A program made the translations under genes and the position numbers. From positions 1-64,000 of IMG/VR virus record IMGVR_UViG_3300032213_001531: DNA of 64,000 nucleotides; one strand, written 5' to 3'. This stretch comes from a virus. Shown here piece after piece: positions 24,017 to 33,402 of this stretch. Every line of letters begins with the position of its first letter. The stretch's first letter is position 1. A model generated the notes under the pieces. That model had not been told where the DNA came from and ran no database searches. It saw only the letters and a program-made list of their open reading frames with translations.

Positions 24017-26727
24017 CATGGTCTTCTCCTTACTCCCTTGGAATTGCCAGAGGCTCCTCCTCCACCTGATCCCCCACCAGAATTACCTCCTGATGATGAT
24101 CCTCCAGTGGATGTTGCAGCGCCAACAGCATTCATTGCTGCTCCTGCTGCCACTACTGTTGCAACAACCATGTTGGTTGCTTCTTCTCTTTCTCCTGGAG
24201 TCATATCTGCTCCAATACTTCCAAGTGCTGCTAATGCTGCTCCTGGGTCTGTAAATGCTGCTTCTAATAATGCACCTGCATCAGTAACTAACTCAACATT
24301 TGCAGCAACTTCAGCAGTAATAACAAGTGCCTCTCCGCTTTCAGATGTACGAACTTCAACTGGAGTTTCTTTTGGAAGGTCTTTATATTCAATTCCAGCA
24401 TCCTGAATTTGTGCTGCTGTTACATTTTCTCCAGATGAAACTGCTGCTGCGATAACAACTGTTGCAATTAAATCTTTTTGCTCAACAGTTAATGGGGCAT
24501 CTGATTGTTTAATTGCTTCTACAATACTTTTAACTTCTGCTTGTGTAACCTTACCATCAGAATTAATATTATCTAAAACCTTTTTAGTATCTTCTGCTGT
24601 AATCTTTCCGTCAGTCAAAGCCTTTTGCTCAGCAATCTTTCTATCTTCTTCTGCTTTTAATCTTGCAGCCTCAGCCTCTTTAGCCTTTTGCTCTGCTAAT
24701 ATTCTTGCATCTTCTGCTGCCTTATCTTTAGCAATTTGTGCAAGTCTATCTGCTTCAGCCTTAGCCTTTGCTTCTTCTTGTGCCTTTTTTATTGCCTCAA
24801 GTCGTGCATCTTCTTCTGCCTTTGCTTTGGCTTCAGCCTCTGCCTTTAATCTGTCTGCTTCTGCTTTGGCTGCAGCCTCTGCTGCTAGTCTATCTTTTTC
24901 TGCCTGAATTCTTGCTTCTTCTTCTGCTTTCTTTCTTTGCTCTTCAGCAATTCTGGCATCCTCTTCTGCTTTAGCCTTGGCTATTTCTGCAGCAATTCTT
25001 TCTTCTTCTGCTTTCTTTTCAGCAGCCTCTGCTGCTAAACGATCAGCCTCTGCTTTTGCTTCTGCCTCTGCTTTAATTCTTGCTGCTTCAACCTCTGCTG
25101 CAATGCGATCTGCTTCTTGCTTGGCCTCTATCTCTGCCTTAATTCTTGCAGCCTCAATTTCAGAGGCTATACGAGCAGCCTCAACCTGCGCTGCTATTCT
25201 TTCTGCTTCAATTCTTTCTGCTTCTGCTAGTCTTGCTACTTCTGCTAGTCTTGCTACTTCTGCTAACCTAGCAACCTCTGCTAACCTAGCAATTTCTGCA
25301 AGCCTAGCAACCTCTGTAAGTCGTGCTTCTTCAGCAAGCCTAGCAACTTCAGCCAATCTTGCAACCTCTGCTAATCTTGCTAATTCTGCAGTAACGGCTG
25401 CTATTCTTTCTGCTTCAAGCCTAGCAACCTCTGCTAACCTAGCAACCTCTGCTAGTCTTGCTACTTCTGCTAACCTAGCAATTTCTGCAAGCCTAGCAAC
25501 CTCTGCTAACCTAGCAATCTCTGTAAGTCTTGCTACTTCTGCTAACCTTGCTACTTCAGCAAGTCTTGCTACCTCAGCAAGTCTAGCGACCTCAGCAGTT
25601 GCTGCTGCAATTCTTGCCTCTTCTTGCTGTGCTGCTAACAACGCTGCTGCTTCTGCTTCAAGCCTAGCAACCTCTGCTAATCTAGCAACTTCCGCCAACC
25701 TAGCTACCTCTGCAAGTCTTGCTACCTCAGCCAATCTTGCTACCTCAGCCAATCTTGCTACCTCTGCAAGCCTTGCTTCTTCTGCTAATCGTGCAACTTC
25801 TGCGGTAGCCGCTGCGATTGCAGCTTCAGCAGCTGCCTGCTCTGCTGCAATTTCTTCTGCAGTCTTTCCAATTTTTAATGTAACAACATTTGAGTTTTCA
25901 GAGTATAGGGCTAATGTATCATTGTCTGATCTAATATGAAATGACCATACAGTCCCGCTTGGTCTTAGTGACTCAAGCAATGAGTGATCAATTGTTATTG
26001 TTGTATTAAGTGAATTCGGCCCACCAACATTTCCAGTTGCAATTCCCCATCCGTTACAGCCAGAACAATTAAAACTTATTGCATATCTTTCTGGTTGAGT
26101 ATTACCAGTATCTGGAGCATCCCAATCTAAAACCGTTGTAGTTGCACCATCTACTACTGTTAAATTTCTTGGTGGCCCTATTGTTTTAACTACTGGGGCT
26201 GCTTGTGAAGTAAAGGCTGATGCTGGAATGATCTGCATTGATCCAGATTGATCCCAGTTTAAAAATACGTTTGCTCCACCACCATTTTCATAGTACATTA
26301 ATTCTATTGTTTTAGGGACTCCTGCTGTAAAAGATACTGGGGCACTTGTAGTTCCTCCCCCACCCTTGTCTCTCCAGTCATCTGCCACTAAGACTCCATC
26401 AATATATAGCCTTGTACCATCGTCTGCTGTTGCTAAAAATGATATGTTTTGAGTAGAATCGCTTCTAACTGAACCAGTAAACCGTACGATAACATCCTCT
26501 GAAGGGCCACCTAATACACTACCAGAACCCCACTGGAAGTCAATGTTAGGTACATTTGTAGTTACTACTGGAGAGGCTCCCTGGGGTATATAAGGGGCAT
26601 TGTTCTGTCCTAGTACATTGTAAACCTGGGCAGTTAAGCCTTCTGCAGCATGGGCTTTATCAATACCTACAATTAGGGGAAATAATGCTAGGGATAACAC
26701 AAGAAATATGCGTAAAAACTTTTTCAT
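24016..26727 (-). CDS. Secreted/surface protein: PA14 + FN3 + long helical repeat stalk + C-terminal anchor-like region
   Basis: Signal peptide; IDF.WG.G...ADDG.RLYIDG...YYENGGGA (PA14); PP.NL....W..P (FN3); AEVARL repeats. Confidence 0.85.
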   Translation of the reverse strand: MKKFLRIFLVLSLALFPLIVGIDKAHAAEGLTAQVYNVLGQNNAPYIPQGASPVVTTNVPNIDFQWGSGSVLGGPSEDVIVRFTGSVRSDSTQNISFLATADDGTRLYIDGVLVADDWRDKGGGGTTSAPVSFTAGVPKTIELMYYENGGGANVFLNWDQSGSMQIIPASAFTSQAAPVVKTIGPPRNLTVVDGATTTVLDWDAPDTGNTQPERYAISFNCSGCNGWGIATGNVGGPNSLNTTITIDHSLLESLRPSGTVWSFHIRSDNDTLALYSENSNVVTLKIGKTAEEIAAEQAAAEAAIAAATAEVARLAEEARLAEVARLAEVARLAEVARLAEVARLAEVARLAEVARLEAEAAALLAAQQEEARIAAATAEVARLAEVARLAEVARLAEVARLTEIARLAEVARLAEIARLAEVARLAEVARLAEVARLEAERIAAVTAELARLAEVARLAEVARLAEEARLTEVARLAEIARLAEVARLAEVARLAEVARLAEAERIEAERIAAQVEAARIASEIEAARIKAEIEAKQEADRIAAEVEAARIKAEAEAKAEADRLAAEAAEKKAEEERIAAEIAKAKAEEDARIAEEQRKKAEEEARIQAEKDRLAAEAAAKAEADRLKAEAEAKAKAEEDARLEAIKKAQEEAKAKAEADRLAQIAKDKAAEDARILAEQKAKEAEAARLKAEEDRKIAEQKALTDGKITAEDTKKVLDNINSDGKVTQAEVKSIVEAIKQSDAPLTVEQKDLIATVVIAAAVSSGENVTAAQIQDAGIEYKDLPKETPVEVRTSESGEALVITAEVAANVELVTDAGALLEAAFTDPGAALAALGSIGADMTPGEREEATNMVVATVVAAGAAMNAVGAATSTGGSSSGGNSGGGSGGGGASGNSKGVRRRP
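25219..25800 (-). repeat. Degenerate 18-nt tandem repeats encoding AEVARL
   Basis: Many GCAGARGTTGCTAGRCTT/TTA-like units in three blocks. Confidence 0.9.
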
Positions 26728-26813
26728 ATCTTTATCCCCCTAACACAATGTCTAATAGGGTTATTATATCATTTTATTATAAAAAAGAAGGGTTAACACT
26801 CAAAAGTGTATGT

Positions 26814-27404
26814 TTATTTTATTTCTTTGCTATTTAGATTATCTATTAAAAGTCCTGCTCTAGGACCTTCGCACCAAACCTCATGCGAGTTTTCAAGAGG
26901 AAGATATAGCATATCTCCTGAATTTAACGTATATGTAATTCCTTCGTCTATCTTCCAAAATGATGTACCAACTATCTGCCAATAAAAAATATCATGTGGG
27001 TCATGATGATCTGAAACAAGTCTATCAGATAATGACATTCTTATTCCTTGAGGGTGCCAATCGCTATCGCAATCATGCTGTTGTTTTTTATAATAAGCAC
27101 ATTTTCTATTATCTTTAGAATTATTTAATTTATATAGTAGATCTGCTACTCCTGCAAATTCATCAAACAGGTTGCTATTTTGTGGTGCCAGCCAAAATTT
27201 ATTCTGTATTTGTATGTTGCCTATGTTATCTAATGCGTCAGGGTTATTAACCCTTTTGACTCTTTCAGCTAAGTCAGGGTTTGACATCGTCGATTCTTTA
27301 TATATATATTTGATCATATCTTCCCATGTAATTTCTGGGATTTGATATTTTTCAAACACTAATCCGTGTTTATTTTTTTTTGCTTCTTTAATTAAATCTA
27401 ACAT
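26814..27404 (-). CDS. JmjC/cupin-like oxygenase, paralog of 6970..7518
   Basis: HHD..DIFYWQ..G...W...GD.LYLP....HEV. Confidence 0.8.
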   Translation of the reverse strand: MLDLIKEAKKNKHGLVFEKYQIPEITWEDMIKYIYKESTMSNPDLAERVKRVNNPDALDNIGNIQIQNKFWLAPQNSNLFDEFAGVADLLYKLNNSKDNRKCAYYKKQQHDCDSDWHPQGIRMSLSDRLVSDHHDPHDIFYWQIVGTSFWKIDEGITYTLNSGDMLYLPLENSHEVWCEGPRAGLLIDNLNSKEIK

Positions 27405-27426
27405 ATTTACATTATATCATCACATA

Positions 27427-27460
27427 AAAGAAGAGGGGCTGGCATATAGCCAACCCCTCA
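27427..27460 (-). terminator. Intrinsic terminator
   Basis: GAGGGGTTGGC/GCCAGCCCCTC stem followed by TTCTTTT. Confidence 0.8.
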
Positions 27461-27475
27461 ACTTATTAAGTTAAA

Positions 27476-28849
27476 TTACTTCTTTAGTGCAATCTTGCTC
27501 TTTGGATGAGCCTTATTCCACTTTGTAGCAAGAGCGTTATACTCTGCCTTATACTTTGCTGCTGCTGTTGCAGTCGCAACATCGGTTGCTGCCTTTGCTG
27601 CTGCAGAATCAATTGCAGCCTTAGCAAGAGCATCGGAAAGAGCCTTATCTGAAGCAACCTTAGCAGTAACGGCATCTGCCTTTAGCTTAACAATATCTGC
27701 ATCCTTAGAAGCAAGTGCTGTATCTGAAGATAGTTTTGCTGATGCTGCTGCATCTGCAAGAGCCTTATCTGAAGCAACCTTAGCGTCTGCAAGTGCCTTG
27801 TCTGAAGCAACCTTAGCGTCTGCAAGTGCCTTGTCTGAGGCAGCCTTAGCATCTGCAAGTGCCTTAACAGATGAAGCCTTTGAATCAGCAAGAGCTTTAT
27901 CTGCTTCAGCCTTTGCTACTGCGGTTGCAGCATCTGCTGATGCCTTTGCATCCGAAAGAGCCTTTGCAGCAACTGCAGCATCTGCTGCTCGTGCTGCGTT
28001 TGATGAAGCAAGCGCTGCTTGTGTTGATGCAAGATCTGACTTCAGTCCTGCAATAATTCCTGAAAGATCAGAAACTGTGAACTTAGCAATAACAGACTTT
28101 ACTGGTGCAGCAAGGCCAGTTACGGCTGTTACTGTTGAAAGACCTGTAGCAACTACAGTAACTTCTCCAGCAACTCCTGTTGCTAGTGCTGCTGTTACAG
28201 TTCCAAGAACTGCTCCAGTAGATGTGTTTGTTGCTGTTGCTGTAGTTAGTGACTTAGTAACAGAACCATCAGCAAATGTTGAGCCAATTAAAGTTACTGT
28301 TGCTGTATCTGAAACTGAGTTTCCAAATACATCTGTTGTTGTTAGGGCAATTGTTGGAACTGTGCCAACTGCTGTTGCAGATGGAACTGTTAGTCCTAGG
28401 TTGTATGCTGCTCCAGCAGTACCAGAGATGTAAACAATTGTTGAATATGAACCATTTGTAATGGTTACAGAGCCAACTGCTGTTGTAGTTGTATAAGCAT
28501 AAACCGTTACTGCTGATCCAGTAGAAGCAATTGTTAGTGTTGAAACACCTGATGCAACTGTCTTTGGTGCATCTGTTGTGTTAAGTGCTGATACCAACTT
28601 TACAGTTGATGAAGCAGTAAAGGTTACGTTTGTACCTGTGTCTGCTGTTGCTGCAAGAGCAATGGTGTTTCCAGAAGTAATAACATTACTTGATGGAACT
28701 GCTACCGTTGCAGGTGCTGCAGAAGTTGTTGCGTTAGCTACTGTGGCAACCGTAACGGCTAGTGGTGCTGCCGAAGATGGTGCTACAGAAAGTCCAACGA
28801 TTGCTAGGGCTGCAGCAGTAGCAATTGAGATTTTCTTAAATGAATTCAT
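27476..28849 (-). CDS. Secreted Ala/Thr-rich Ig-like protein with coiled-coil tail (S-layer/surface-protein-like)
   Basis: MNSFKKI signal peptide; TDVFGN Ig-like motif; 33-nt SDKALADAKVA repeats. Confidence 0.75.
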   Translation of the reverse strand: MNSFKKISIATAAALAIVGLSVAPSSAAPLAVTVATVANATTSAAPATVAVPSSNVITSGNTIALAATADTGTNVTFTASSTVKLVSALNTTDAPKTVASGVSTLTIASTGSAVTVYAYTTTTAVGSVTITNGSYSTIVYISGTAGAAYNLGLTVPSATAVGTVPTIALTTTDVFGNSVSDTATVTLIGSTFADGSVTKSLTTATATNTSTGAVLGTVTAALATGVAGEVTVVATGLSTVTAVTGLAAPVKSVIAKFTVSDLSGIIAGLKSDLASTQAALASSNAARAADAAVAAKALSDAKASADAATAVAKAEADKALADSKASSVKALADAKAASDKALADAKVASDKALADAKVASDKALADAAASAKLSSDTALASKDADIVKLKADAVTAKVASDKALSDALAKAAIDSAAAKAATDVATATAAAKYKAEYNALATKWNKAHPKSKIALKK

Positions 28850-28861
28850 TGTATTCCTTTT

Positions 28862-30637
28862 CTATAGTAAGTTGAATCTATCCAAATAGTCTTTTACATC
28901 ATTTGGCATAGGTTTATATTCTATCACATTGGCAAAGGGGTTGTCAACTTTTGGTCTATCCCTGAACGTGTGTATCTCTATTTCTTGATCTAAATCCTTT
29001 GGAGTATGAGAGATAGCCCCAAAGATTGCTCCACAAACGGCATCTGCTAAGTCCTTAGAAGATTTTCGTGGGTGGTCAACTCTGTTATTTTTCATAATTT
29101 TTAGCTCAGTTAATTCTTCAAATAAAAGTTCAATTGATGGCATAGCAAGTCTTTCCTCATAAATAAGCATAGCCATATCTTCATAGTGCTTTTTAGCAAC
29201 AGAAACAGTCTCAGTTCTTATGCCAACCTGCTTTAGCTCATTTTGAATATCAAATGATTGCCAACGGTCAAAAGAAACCATGCCAATATCAAAACCTTGT
29301 CTTCTCAAATTCTGAATCCATAATTTTACTTCAGATAAATTAACAGGGCCTTCAACCTTTGGTTCCCAATATACTACAGCATCTACTACAACTACTGGTG
29401 CTACTTGTTGATAATCTTTAATTACCTGAATATTTACCCACTTGTCAACATGTGCAATTGCAATAGCACACTTATCGTGCTTTTGTGCTAAGTCAGCATG
29501 GACATAATATTTTTTAGTTGGATCTGGCTTAAAGGTTTCATCAAATCTTTTATATGAATCAATAGGGTTTCTAATTGTCATACAGGATCTAACTTTTTCT
29601 ACCTGCTTAAAAAATGAATCACTAGAGTATGTTGGAACACAAGCAAAACGTTGCATAGCGTCACCAAGGTCTGTCATAAACGCAATCTTAAAATCATCAA
29701 TCTTTCTTGTTGGGTTTACTTCCCATGTTGGTCTTTTTAATGCAAAGACTCCTGGATATTTGTATGAAATAATTTGATCCTCATCCCATTCAATTTCCAA
29801 ATAATTACCAACCATATCTTCTGGAAGTTCATCATTAATAATAAACTTATGAGTTTTATGAATAGCTTCTTTTTCTAAAATTACAGCATCATATCTTTGT
29901 GAAATAAAGTCTCCTGGATAGCGGGGAAACGATAGTAACGCAACCTTTCCAAGGTCAGGGAAACGAGAGTCTACAGAGGCACGGAAAGCCTTATATATAT
30001 TATCTGCAGTCTTACCTTGATCATTTCCAGTTCCTACTTCATTAGCAAAGCCAGAGATCTCATCAAGTACAGCAAGAATAAGGTTTAAACCTTCGTGTGA
30101 TTCTCTTTCTGAGTGACCAGAATAAACAGTAATAGCATGATCAAACTCAATGCTTTCTGCTTTTGGATTATACTTACCTTGAAACCAAGGAGACTTCTCA
30201 ATCTTTGTTTTAAAACCTTTAAAGAAAACGTTCTTAGCCTGCTGAGCATTAATAGCAACGTTAATGATATCAATAGCATCTCCAGAAGGCTTGCCAAAGT
30301 ATCTTGCTGGTTCTTTTAGACACAATAGTTTATATACTATATAGGCACACGCTACGGTTGACGTAAAGTCTTTACCAGATCCCTTGCCAAGTTGCAGAAT
30401 TACTTCGTTCTTTGTATATTTTTTATAATATCTTGCACCTTCTTCAGCACCCATCAAATCAATTAGATCTTCTTTTCTATAGATTTGACTCATAGCTTCA
30501 ATAATGTCATACTGTGTTTGGGATAACGGAGGCTGGCCTAAATAATCTTCACCCTCAACAAATGTTTTAGCATTTACTGGAGTCTCAGCAAAGTTATTAT
30601 TCTTTAAGGCCTCAAGAAAATCACCAAAGTCAGCCAT
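28862..30637 (-). CDS. terL: Terminase large subunit
   Basis: GKGSGKD Walker A, LDEI Walker B, HADLA, DRWQS and KDLADA nuclease motifs. Confidence 0.92.
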   Translation of the reverse strand: MADFGDFLEALKNNNFAETPVNAKTFVEGEDYLGQPPLSQTQYDIIEAMSQIYRKEDLIDLMGAEEGARYYKKYTKNEVILQLGKGSGKDFTSTVACAYIVYKLLCLKEPARYFGKPSGDAIDIINVAINAQQAKNVFFKGFKTKIEKSPWFQGKYNPKAESIEFDHAITVYSGHSERESHEGLNLILAVLDEISGFANEVGTGNDQGKTADNIYKAFRASVDSRFPDLGKVALLSFPRYPGDFISQRYDAVILEKEAIHKTHKFIINDELPEDMVGNYLEIEWDEDQIISYKYPGVFALKRPTWEVNPTRKIDDFKIAFMTDLGDAMQRFACVPTYSSDSFFKQVEKVRSCMTIRNPIDSYKRFDETFKPDPTKKYYVHADLAQKHDKCAIAIAHVDKWVNIQVIKDYQQVAPVVVVDAVVYWEPKVEGPVNLSEVKLWIQNLRRQGFDIGMVSFDRWQSFDIQNELKQVGIRTETVSVAKKHYEDMAMLIYEERLAMPSIELLFEELTELKIMKNNRVDHPRKSSKDLADAVCGAIFGAISHTPKDLDQEIEIHTFRDRPKVDNPFANVIEYKPMPNDVKDYLDRFNLL

Positions 30638-31163
30638 CGTGGACTACCGTAATAACTTCATCTTTTTTAGCAATAGAAGATAGCCTCTTCATAATTTCAT
30701 CACGAATCTCTGGATGTTCTGAAGCAATGTCTTTAAGTATTGACATTAAAACCATCTGCCTATTTTCAATCTCAACCATTTCTTCTGCAAGCTCTTTGTT
30801 TTCAAGTAGTCCAGCTTTTTGTAGCATATCAATACGCTTAGACTCAATGTCCATAACTAACTTAATTCCTGCAGTTTTTGCACTAAGGTTATTAGTCATA
30901 GATGCTTCATCGATTACCTCGTAAGATTTTGAGATTAACTTTCCATAGTGTGCATCGGCAGCAGCAAGTGCTTCTTTAGCACGGGCACGGATAGCATCAT
31001 TTGCCGATGCCATAACCTTCCACTCATTAATAAGTTGAACTACACGAGTGCGTGGGATTGCAAGATCTTTAGATATTTTAGTTGGATCATTACCTTTTAG
31101 GTATTCTTCAACTACATCATTGACTTGATCAAGATGTTTAACTAAATCATCTTCAGTTGACAT
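30630..31163 (-). CDS. Probable terminase small subunit
   Basis: N-terminal HTH and helical body; directly upstream of terL. Confidence 0.65.
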   Translation of the reverse strand: MSTEDDLVKHLDQVNDVVEEYLKGNDPTKISKDLAIPRTRVVQLINEWKVMASANDAIRARAKEALAAADAHYGKLISKSYEVIDEASMTNNLSAKTAGIKLVMDIESKRIDMLQKAGLLENKELAEEMVEIENRQMVLMSILKDIASEHPEIRDEIMKRLSSIAKKDEVITVVHDG

Positions 31164-31395
31164 ATTTGCCTTCTAATCTATTGATTTCATCTTTAATATA
31201 AAAGATTGCCTTTTCTAAATCTTGAATAGTTTTGGACTCATCTTTAATTCCTGCTCTCCAAAGATATTTAAAAGCATTTCCAATATTAAAATTGCGGTGC
31301 CTTGTTATTTCAATACACTCAACCCCAGATGGGTCTGTCGTATAGTGTTGAGGATGATTTACTTGATCAACCGTAATCGTTAAATTTTCACTCAT
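31153..31395 (-). CDS. DUF3310-family protein (T7 gp1.7-like nucleotide kinase family)
   Basis: VNHP.HY, ECI, GNA.KY.WRAG.K and DL.KA..Y motifs. Confidence 0.85.
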   Translation of the reverse strand: MSENLTITVDQVNHPQHYTTDPSGVECIEITRHRNFNIGNAFKYLWRAGIKDESKTIQDLEKAIFYIKDEINRLEGKYVN

Positions 31396-31510
31396 CATCA
31401 TCCTCCCAGTCAAAAGCATCTGGCATATCCTTAACAACTGATGCTGCGTAGGTTAAACCAACAGAACAGGCTATAACCAATCCAATAAAAACTTTTTGTG
31501 CTTTATTCAT
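31388..31510 (-). CDS. Small membrane peptide (40 aa)
   Basis: Translated by hand; TM segment plus acidic tail. Confidence 0.55.
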   Translation of the reverse strand: MNKAQKVFIGLVIACSVGLTYAASVVKDMPDAFDWEDDDE

Positions 31511-31659
31511 CGCTTTGACTTCCTCAATCCAAACTTAGCAAGGTAAACATAAATTGTTTCAACACTTGTTCCACACTCTATAGCAATCTCTTCAGGAGTT
31601 TTTTTATCAATGATGTAGCGTTTACGCAACCATATATTACTTGTATATAGCTTAGCCAT
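31507..31659 (-). CDS. Small HTH DNA-binding protein (50 aa)
   Basis: WLRKRY...TPEEIA.ECG.S.ETIY.YL.KFGL. Confidence 0.75.
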   Translation of the reverse strand: MAKLYTSNIWLRKRYIIDKKTPEEIAIECGTSVETIYVYLAKFGLRKSKR

Positions 31660-31903
31660 TTAAAAATCTCCCATCAATTTTCCACTTCATAGTTATAGGA
31701 CCCTGCTTAACCATTTCAAACATGTGATAGTTAAAGTCTTGTCTTAACTCCTCATAAAGCTCTGGATTAACAAACTCTAAGTTCTCTGTAATAGAGTATA
31801 TCGTTTCTCCAGTACTATTGTCAAATCCATCTATCTCAAGAGCATTCTGAAGAATTAAATGCTCAATTAGGGCTGCAGCCTTGAGTTGGTTAGGTGTTTG
31901 CAT
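31652..31903 (-). CDS. Hypothetical protein, paralog of 17700..18032
   Basis: Shared motif. Confidence 0.65.
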   Translation of the reverse strand: MQTPNQLKAAALIEHLILQNALEIDGFDNSTGETIYSITENLEFVNPELYEELRQDFNYHMFEMVKQGPITMKWKIDGRFLNG

Positions 31904-32540
31904 TTTTACCTTTTTCAAAAATGTCATAGTCGTAGGCGTTAGAGTCTTCTAACATCCACTTGTCATAGCTTTCAACATCCCATTTATTTTTATTTACAAG
32001 TCTATGGATTAACAATTGTTCTTTGGTAACAAATGATGGCTCGTATAGTTTAACTCTATTATTAGGCTGAATAGCAAAGTTTCCGTCATCTCTTTGAATC
32101 ACATGCCCACACTTATGTTGCCCTGGATTTTCTGAATAGCCATCATCTAAGATATTTGACTCTGGGTTATGCCAATCAAGTGTAAATAGATACTTTCCAG
32201 CCACTGTTTCTTTTTCTCTATTAAGGTAAGACATTCTCATATTAGTTAAATTTTGAAACTTAGTTACAGCAATGTGTGGAGAAAAAGAATTCCATAAAAC
32301 AAGATTATAGATTGGCTCTTCTGGTACTCCTGGCTTTGTGCAGAAAGCATTTATTGGCATTCTCCACCACATGCCACCATCTTCCATTAAGAAGTGAAAC
32401 ATTGGGCTTCTACCCTTTACGCTTGCAACTCCAAATATGACACATGGGAAATATTTATCGTGACTGTCTTCTTGATCTCTTAAAAAGTTTCCACGAACAT
32501 AGCACTCTATTGGTGGAATGTTTGCATTTAACTCTGGCAT
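31890..32540 (-). CDS. Conserved hypothetical phage protein
   Basis: LNANIPP, Y.FT.DW, HKC.H and QPNNR motifs. Confidence 0.8.
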   Translation of the reverse strand: MPELNANIPPIECYVRGNFLRDQEDSHDKYFPCVIFGVASVKGRSPMFHFLMEDGGMWWRMPINAFCTKPGVPEEPIYNLVLWNSFSPHIAVTKFQNLTNMRMSYLNREKETVAGKYLFTLDWHNPESNILDDGYSENPGQHKCGHVIQRDDGNFAIQPNNRVKLYEPSFVTKEQLLIHRLVNKNKWDVESYDKWMLEDSNAYDYDIFEKGKNANT

Positions 32541-33130
32541 TATTGATCAGCTCCTATTGCTTTGCCCCAATTTTTTACTGCCCAATGCCCAATACCACAA
32601 GCATCGGCTACGTCATTATCAGTAATAGATTTATCATAGATAGTATTAATCATTGTAATAGTTCTTTCTTTTCTAAGATTTCTTTCATATGTTTTGTACC
32701 AAGAAACAGACTTTCCTGGATTAGCAGATCTAATTAAAGCCTGCTCTTCTTTTGACATTTTCTTGTTTCCTAAATAATTTTGCCAAGTGATTGGAGAAAC
32801 TTTTCCAATAATACGAATCCCAGATTGTCCTGCAGCACCAAGTAAGGCACCTTGAACTAATGCCAGATCCGCAGCAGTCTTAGGGCTATTCATAAAAACA
32901 GTATGCTCAATAACAATAGCATCTACATTTACAATATGATCAAACAGTCCGATTGACTTTCTGCCAGCATCAATAACTTTTTCATAGATATCTTTGCCTT
33001 GAAAATTAATTTTTCCAAACTCTCTAAGATATCCTCCATGAAAAGTAGCATAAGCAAGGCTATTAGTACTTGCGTCAATAGCACAGACACGCTCTGGTGC
33101 TTTTGAACCTATAGCTTCTGCTAATTTCAT
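32540..33130 (-). CDS. RuvC-like Holliday junction resolvase
   Basis: AIDAST, IVIE and D.DVADA.GIG motifs. Confidence 0.8.
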   Translation of the reverse strand: MKLAEAIGSKAPERVCAIDASTNSLAYATFHGGYLREFGKINFQGKDIYEKVIDAGRKSIGLFDHIVNVDAIVIEHTVFMNSPKTAADLALVQGALLGAAGQSGIRIIGKVSPITWQNYLGNKKMSKEEQALIRSANPGKSVSWYKTYERNLRKERTITMINTIYDKSITDNDVADACGIGHWAVKNWGKAIGADQ

Positions 33131-33402
33131 CTTAACTGATCCTTAATATCTTTTAATGCTTTTAATACATCCTTGGGATTTACATTACATTTAATGCACA
33201 ACTGCTCATCATTATAAATAGACAAAGGCTCTTTACAGCTTTTGCATCTTCTGTCTTTACCTATTCGTGTTTGTCGTCGCTCAAGTACATATCGTGCTGC
33301 TATTTTTTCTTTTGTAGATTCAGTTCTACATTCCACAGAACAATATATCTGGTACTTTATTTGTGTGTTAAAGGTTTTATCACACCATTGACAATGCTTC
33401 AT
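33127..33402 (-). CDS. Zinc-finger protein
   Basis: C..C, YCS..C, C..C, C..C. Confidence 0.75.
   Translation of the reverse strand: MKHCQWCDKTFNTQIKYQIYCSVECRTESTKEKIAARYVLERRQTRIGKDRRCKSCKEPLSIYNDEQLCIKCNVNPKDVLKALKDIKDQLR

Noticed and set aside
24038-25939. Long + strand ORFs (24038..24406, 24977..25939)
   Set aside because: Antisense shadows of the Ala-rich repeat gene; GCN-rich codons lack stops on the reverse strand.
27798-28889. + strand ORFs opposite the surface protein gene
   Set aside because: Same antisense shadow effect.
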